Assembly: GCA_040357565.1 (NCBI GenBank)
Contig: JBDODJ010000078.1
Source: Cercozoa sp. M6MM
Taxonomy: Eukaryota; Protista; Endomyxa: Ascetosporea
DNA: 49,797 nt
Reading direction: 5' to 3' (one strand)
The notes beneath the pieces were generated by a model, which did not search any database, was not told where the DNA came from, and was given only the letters and a program-made list of their open reading frames with translations. Made by a program: the position numbers and the translations under genes. This document shows, piece after piece, positions 45,298 through 49,797 of this stretch (its first letter is position 1; the number at the start of each line of letters is the position of its first letter).

Positions 45298-48250
45298 ACA
45301 CACACACTCACACGCACACACACACACACACACACATGGGTGCGGAAGGGGAGCAGAAAATACCAGCTGATACTTGCTGCCCGCTTTTGTCAACTTCTCG
45401 AAAACACCGTCCTGAAGACCCGACCACCAAAGCATATGCAGGACGGAGACACAGCTGTTGAAAAACGGTAGAACTTAAGTGGCTACGCAGTGAAAAAAAC
45501 TCACCAAGAATCCTCTAGCTCAAACGGCGCAACTTCGAAGTTTTTCGAAGTTGTTTCAATAGATGTGTCGTCCTTATCCTTACATAGATTTTTCTGAGCA
45601 CAGGAAACGTACAATAAACTAAAACTTAGCGGTCATAAAAGCAAATCGTACCCAGGCCACTTTTTGACGGCGCCAATTCTCGGATTGAAGGCTAGGTTCA
45701 GCGCTGAGGTCGTCGGCCAGCGCAAACGCAGCCTAGCCAAAAACAGGGCAAAATAGAAAAACCGGAAATGCAAAATGAGCGACAAACCCTGAGAGCAGAT
45801 GTCTGCGTCTCCCAGGCATTGTTGTGCGCCCGGACAATGCCAACAAGAAACTTGGAATCCTTGGCGTCAAAAATTCGACCAGCCGTATTGTCAAAAAACC
45901 ACTCGTCGGGCGTCTCAGGATCCTTCGCCACAGTTACAAAACAGCTATAGTAAACGCCGGCGAGTGTTTGGTAAGAAGGGAAAAACTACGAACGTAGCGT
46001 CGCTCGTCGGCTTGTTGTTCTCTTTCAACTGCGACAGCAAGTTTTTAAGACGGTCATAAACACTGTTTTTGAAGCGTTGTCTTTTAAAGCCACGAAACAC
46101 GACTACAGCACCCAAGCACACAAGCACATAACAACATAGACACAAACAAAACGAAAAAGTATAATATTGATGGAACTGAAAAACGCACAGTAGCCCGAAC
46201 TCTGAAGCAGATGTTTTGCGTTACTTTCAGGTTTGACGGACAGAATGCTGTAAACACACAGAAACAATATTGTTAAATAGAATGCAGCAAAAAACTAACA
46301 AATGACACAAAACACAGTTCATACTCACCTCTCGAACAGTTCGTGGCACAGAACGAGCGTTTCCACGGCTTCTTTGCTCAGTCTGATGGACATGCGGAAG
46401 AACAAACAACCACCTGCAAACAGCAAAACAGACTCGTTTTCTGACCGAACACAAACTAGACATCTATGGAAGAAATTAACCATGCGCCAAGGCGTTGAGA
46501 GACACCAGGACGCGCGACCCTAAACTTATAGTACAGTACAAAGCCATTGCAACTTGTGGAGCAACAGCTATCGAAAGTGCGAGTAGTACAACAGTACAGT
46601 GCAGGATGTCGTTATCATTTGAACGTCTCAGCTCTTTCCGCACCGTAATTTGCCCGTCGCAGAAGACGACTGCATTGTCATCGCCTAGGTCCCACTCATG
46701 CTCCTCCTCGGTGACATCGCCTAAAATGCAATCAGGAATAAACATGCTGTACAATACACAAGACACCAAATACAGAAATTTACCGTAGAACAAGTCGTAA
46801 CTGCGATTTTGATCATCCTCCGCTGAAAACATCATTTTGAAGATCTTTTTGCTGTCATTGGTCTTTTTGCTGTCATTGGTGCGCTCGAGTGTCACTGCAC
46901 GACCCCGAAGATTCTCACTTTTGTTGTTGTCCCACATCCACTTTGAAAAGCCACCTGCCCAGCATTAAACAACAACACTTACAGCTGCAGTATGAACTGC
47001 TTTCCACGGAGCAATCTCTTCAGTCTGAACTCACCGGGTGCACAACAGACATCTGCGAAGGAATCAACCTCCTCCAGCTCAGCTTGGTACCCTGACTGCT
47101 CGATGATCGAAGCAGCCTCATCAACTGCACATGCACTCACAATCAAGTTGTGAAGAGATTTATCTCTTAAGACTGTGGACTGCGATCTACCATAACCCTT
47201 GAACCACTCTTCGTCGCTCGGTCTGCGCTTCTCAGTACTCTGCGTGTTTTCAAGAAAAACAATTGAACTCGTCTGTCCAATCGAACAAGGAGTAGTAAGC
47301 ACCTCTAATTCCGTGTAACTCTTGTCGCCAAAGCTGCAAAACAATGCACAAAACAAACCAAAAAAATGAAGGCCAAAATACAGAGGATCAATGACCGATG
47401 CTATCACAGGGTCTCGGCGTTGTGCAGTGGCACGGTCGCGCAGCTTGTGTGAGATTTGAATGGCAGCGTCGTACACCTCCGGACAACAAACAAATAAAAG
47501 GGTGACTTGGTCCAGCTAGTGCCTCGGTCAGCGTTGTGTTACCTCCTTCGAGCGTGCTGAACGGTTGACCAGACCAAAGGCAAAAGCAGTCTCAAATGTA
47601 AATGATTGTGAAAGTTCAGACGGCGCGGACTTGTTCTTGTAGCGTTTGAAGAACTCCTTCGTCAAAAAATCCACATCGAGCTTCGGTAGTTCTGGCTCCA
47701 GTTCTGGCTCCGATTTTTCTTCATCCTGACAGGCAAAAAATATACAGCACTGGCAAAAATAAGATATGGGTACTGAGAGCTGTGCCAAAGCTGCAAATGG
47801 ATTGGACTGTTTGGGCATGCGTCGGGTGTTTCCTCAGCCGAGAGCAGAAACTGGCACACTGTCTTCCCGAGAACGCATTGCCGAATCTTCTTCTGTGGGC
47901 GCGTGCTTCGATTGGTTGTCGGGATCATCATTTTTCTCGAGTACTACTGATGATGATCGCGAAAGAGACAAAATAACTGCCGATCGCGTGACACAGAAGA
48001 CCCATCATCCATCATCCGTATCTATATCAACCACAACTTAGCACACGAAAAAGTACATGGATGGTCTATATTTGTGCAGACAGTCGTCAGCAATTTCAAA
48101 AAAGTCCGAAAACTGCTCTCGTCCAAATGTGCTGTCGATGTTTTATTGTTCTTGCCTTTTAAACAAATATACTAAAAACGACAACAGCTATCAACGACAG
48201 CTGCGCGGTTTGCTATCGCACCTCCAACACCCAACGTGCACTTGCATGTT
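43757..48250 (-). CDS. Multidomain protein: CMTR/FtsJ-like 2'-O-methyltransferase domain, PAN2-like inactive UCH/USP domain, C-terminal BRCT; start codon uncertain
   Basis: Spliced motifs EWFKGY, FADVCCAP-GGFSKWMW, RGRAVTL, FY-GDVT, VVFCDG, LNALAH-GGCLFFRM, LCHELFE-SILSVKPES, GY-FVFRGFK, HNNAWETQTSALR; then ELEDS-CCVSVLHMLWW, LPKVLLVD, YELHSVISHV, GRFVTCVRV, WALF, TWRTPALLVY; then LKLAFIGKPA-MPWDELRVKLGSIG...CDAL-LVG...IPVLHA-NWAFDSIAAG. Splice phases are compatible from 47200 to 43757. Confidence 0.75.
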
Positions 48251-48356
48251 AAAAAAGTAAAAAGAACCTAATCGATTCCGTTTGTTTGTCCCAAATGGCG
48301 ATTCGGTTGATTCTGATTCTGCCTCGAAAAAGCCCGCTGTTCCAGCGCGAACTATA

Positions 48357-48914
48357 TGTTACAGCATGAACTACTGTATTTCGCGCGGAAGCAACCCTAA
48401 AACTTACAAAAATCCTCAAGAGGGGTGTGGAAGATTTTTGACGTGTGTTCGTTGATATTGAGTGGGGAAGCCTTGGGCAGGCTTTTGCAGCTGAACACAA
48501 AGAAGAGCTCTCTATCTGTTACTGCACATTTTCAGTAATTATTGCTTTGACCCGTCCGCGTGGAGGTCACCTATGTCTCAAGTTTAAGAGTATTTTGGCT
48601 TGATCTTGCCTGGGCAGAGTCCTTGCAGAGAAGCAGAAAGCTCCGTCACGGCTTCAGCCTGGCGGAGTTTTTCTTTCGTAAACGCATTGTTACGACCAAG
48701 GACGTCTTCCTTTGGTCAAGATCCAGTGGGATCACTTCGAGACCCAGTAGGGGTATTTCACCTTCAGTTCTAACGTTGACTCAACTGAGTGACGACTTAT
48801 CTAATTGAATGATTTATTTAGTCTCTCCTTTCCCTTACTGATTGGGCCATTGAGCCGCAGTAACATATCTCTCGACTTTTATTTAGTTCTTTTCACTGAC
48901 AACCGTCAGTAACA
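48357..48914. mobile_element. Outer LTR-like remnant interrupted by a nested element; left boundary tentative
   Basis: Right end TTTTATTTAGTTCTTTTTCACTGACAACCGTCAGTAACA is identical to the 16287-16771 element; candidate left end TGTTACAG at 48357; no matching TSD (TATA vs ACTT). Confidence 0.55.
48517..48865. mobile_element. Nested solo LTR-like element (349 bp) with 4-bp TSD TATC
   Basis: TGTTACTGC...GCAGTAACA perfect 9-bp inverted termini; TATC at 48513-48516 and 48866-48869; internal motif ACCCAGTAGGGGTATTTC resembles ACCCAGTTGGGGTAATTC in the 16.3 kb element. Confidence 0.85.
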
Positions 48915-48916
48915 AC

Positions 48917-49797
48917 TTAGTGCGGCTGCTGCGGTTTTTGCTGGAGGGAATGGTGTTGCTGCAGAGTTTGTTGTTGCTGCAGAGTTTGCTGTTGTTGTTG
49001 TTGCAAGGATTGTTGTTGTGGCAGGGGCTGTTGTTGCTGCTGCTGGACGCTGCCGGACTGCACCACAATGCCTTGCTGTCCACACATACCAGTACACATA
49101 CCAGTACACATACCAGTACACATATAAATATAAACAAAGATCTGTATCTATATCTCTCTGTACATGATACATATAGATATATAGATAGACAGGTAGACAG
49201 ACAGGTAGACAGACAGGTAGATAGACAGGTAGATAGACAGATAGATAAATAGACAAAAAGGTAGATAGACAGAGAGATAGACAGGTAGATAGATAGAAAG
49301 ATAGACAGGTAGATAGAGAGATGATAGAAAGGGAGGGGTACCGTCTGTGGCAGTGCGTGCTGCACGGTGCAGTTCTCGGCAGCGAGTGCTGACATGGTCT
49401 GCCGCTGCAGCGTCATGTTGTGCGGCGCCTGGTGCCGCATCGACGTGCGAATCTCTGGTCGCGCCGCACTCGTGCTCGGCAGCGTCGGCACAGGCAGCGG
49501 TCGCTCCGGCACTCTCTCCTGGTCCGTCTGCTTCTTGTCGCTGCTACTCTCTGCCACTGTTGTGCTGGGGGGGGGGGGGGGGTAAGGTGGGTAGGCAGGG
49601 GGAGGGAGCAGGATGGAAACACACCTGTCGTGGTCGCCAGAGTGCTCGTAGAACTCGCGCGGATCGTCGACCATCCTGTCGCACTCGGAGGCAGACACGC
49701 GGACGTCGGCACTCGCCTCGGGTCGCACCCAGGCCGCGTACAGACTGCGGCCCTCGTCGTGGATGCCCACGCTCGGTGCGTGCGGTCTGGGGGGGGG
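48917..49797 (-). CDS. 3' exons of an uncharacterised protein with a poly-Gln C-terminus; 5' part outside the window
   Basis: Exons about 49627-49790, 49342-49560 and 48917-49075 (QQQQQQPLPQQQSLQQQQQQ...PH*), separated by repeat-filled introns. Confidence 0.6.
49083..49325. repeat. Intronic 12-bp repeat (ACACATACCAGT x3) and compound GATA/GACA microsatellite
   Basis: Directly visible. Confidence 0.92.

Noticed and set aside
44324-45530. Calling the gene PAN2 or an active USP
   Set aside because: No WD40 or DEDD nuclease domain is visible, and the catalytic Cys/His are replaced.
49083-49325. Short regular repeats as a CRISPR array or repeat protein
   Set aside because: No unique spacers or cas genes; these are eukaryotic intronic micro/minisatellites.

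Overview
Compact, intron-rich eukaryotic nuclear DNA: GT-AG introns mostly about 45-80 nt, short intergenic spacers, intronic microsatellites and one 100-N scaffold gap. The organism is probably a flagellated, bacterivorous protist, inferred from an axonemal dynein IC97/DNAI7 homologue and a secreted PGRP-type amidase. About 20 spliced gene models were rebuilt by hand; the ORF track breaks them into fragments. Recognisable genes: a TTL-family ATP-grasp ligase with a signal peptide, an LRR plus Cys-rich-repeat surface protein, a CUB-trypsin-TSP1-PLAT protease, DNAI7/CASC1, the PSMD5 3' end, a PGRP/amidase_2, a GABA-B-like class C GPCR, a Kazal/VWC protein, CIAO2/MIP18 and a Rad60/Esc2-type SUMO-like protein. 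The most unusual items are: (1) one in-frame gene fusing a CMTR/FtsJ-like cap 2'-O-methyltransferase domain with an altered catalytic tetrad, a PAN2-like pseudo-UCH and a BRCT domain; (2) a 4-TM receptor-like protein with a C-terminal RGS domain, 5 kb from a GPCR that lies head-to-head with the peptidoglycan amidase; (3) a chimeric island joining an RPS4 pseudogene fragment to an inverted GPCR exon; (4) a family of TGTTAC...GTAACA solo-LTR-like elements with 4-bp TSDs, one nested in another. All family calls come from motif recognition by eye with no database search, and exon boundaries are predictions.
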